From an uncultured Flavobacteriaceae bacterium (GTDB taxonomy: Bacteria; Bacteroidota; Bacteroidia; B-17B0; Aurantibacillaceae): a DNA stretch of 34,090 nucleotides. Location: the NCBI GenBank assembly GCA_964601535.1, contig CAZRNW010000001.1, positions 1 through 34,090 on the forward strand, written 5' to 3'. Made by a program: the position numbers and the translations under genes. The stretch's first letter is position 1, and each line of letters opens with the position of its first letter. Below the pieces are notes generated by a model. That model was not told the origin of the DNA. It worked only from the letters and a program-made list of their open reading frames with translations, and did no database searches. Positions 33,781 through 34,090 of this stretch are shown piece by piece.

Positions 33781-34090
33781 GACTCCTGTTCAGCTTCAGC
33801 TTTTTCTGCTTCAAGTCGAGTTTCAAATTCTTGAAACTCATATTTTTCTTCATCTGTCATTTCTCGAAATTTACCAGATATTCCATCCCAAATATAATCT
33901 AATTTACAAGATTCACCTAAGTTATTTTTAACAATTGCTATAGAAGCATATTTATCATCACTATTATCTTCTGGATTAAAACCGGGACGCCACATTGTCA
34001 TAATAATTCTGCAGTCTTGCTCGATAACGGATGATCCTTTAACTTTTCGCATAGATAACAAAGGCTCTCTCGCATCACCTGCAGACTTTT
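33771..34090 (-). CDS. DnaB / T7 gp4-type replicative helicase (or primase-helicase), C-terminal end; the 5' part lies outside the window
   Basis: The frame is open to the window edge (...SAGDAREPLLSMRKVKGSSVIEQDCRIIMTMWRPG...), and the track 'M' at 34061 is only an internal TTG. KGSSVIEQDCRIIM resembles the (R/K)GSGxIEQDAD helicase motif. Confidence 0.65.
   Translation of the reverse strand, partial: KSAGDAREPLLSMRKVKGSSVIEQDCRIIMTMWRPGFNPEDNSDDKYASIAIVKNNLGESCKLDYIWDGISGKFREMTDEEKYEFQEFETRLEAEKAEAEQESWI

Noticed and set aside
1-34090. tRNA, rRNA, CRISPR arrays, integrase/attachment sites and terminal repeats.
   Set aside because: No cloverleaf-like GC-rich segments, no regularly spaced direct repeats and no recombinase motifs were seen. 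Non-coding space is almost nil. A covariance-model scan was not possible here, so short ncRNAs cannot be excluded.

Overview
The window is AT-rich, almost entirely coding, and looks like most of the genome of a small tailed phage. Two convergent modules meet at nt 20542-20545. The plus strand (1-20545) is a virion, tail and ejection module. It holds two fibre genes, a beta-helix tailspike, putative T7-gp11/gp12-like adaptor and nozzle genes, a block of Gln-rich and Gly-hydrophobic internal-virion-like proteins with an embedded GNAT-like ORF, and tail-anchored membrane proteins. The minus strand (34090-20542) starts with the C-terminus of a DnaB/gp4-type helicase. It continues with a family B DNA polymerase split in two by an I-TevI-like GIY-YIG gene, a PolB-exo-like nuclease and a nucleotide-metabolism island (DUF5664/MazG-like, HAD phosphatase, ThyX, SLOG/DUF2493, and dUTPase fused to a LAGLIDADG domain). 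It ends with a promoter-led operon of small membrane proteins surrounding a signal-anchored ClpP-family protease. Six homing-endonuclease-type nucleases from four families occupy about a tenth of the window. Three near-identical consensus sigma70-type promoters (TTGACA-N17-TGnTATAMT) lie on the minus strand, built into the 3' ends of upstream genes. Two of them place the next ATG at the expected transcription start, implying leaderless mRNAs. I recognised no capsid, portal, terminase, phage RNA polymerase, canonical endolysin, tRNA or CRISPR array in the window. All family calls come from motif recognition by eye on the supplied translations and no searches were run. The resemblance to small marine podoviruses (low GC, gene order) is inference only. 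The ORF track uses GTG/TTG as well as ATG starts, so several 5' ends are uncertain and this is noted per feature.
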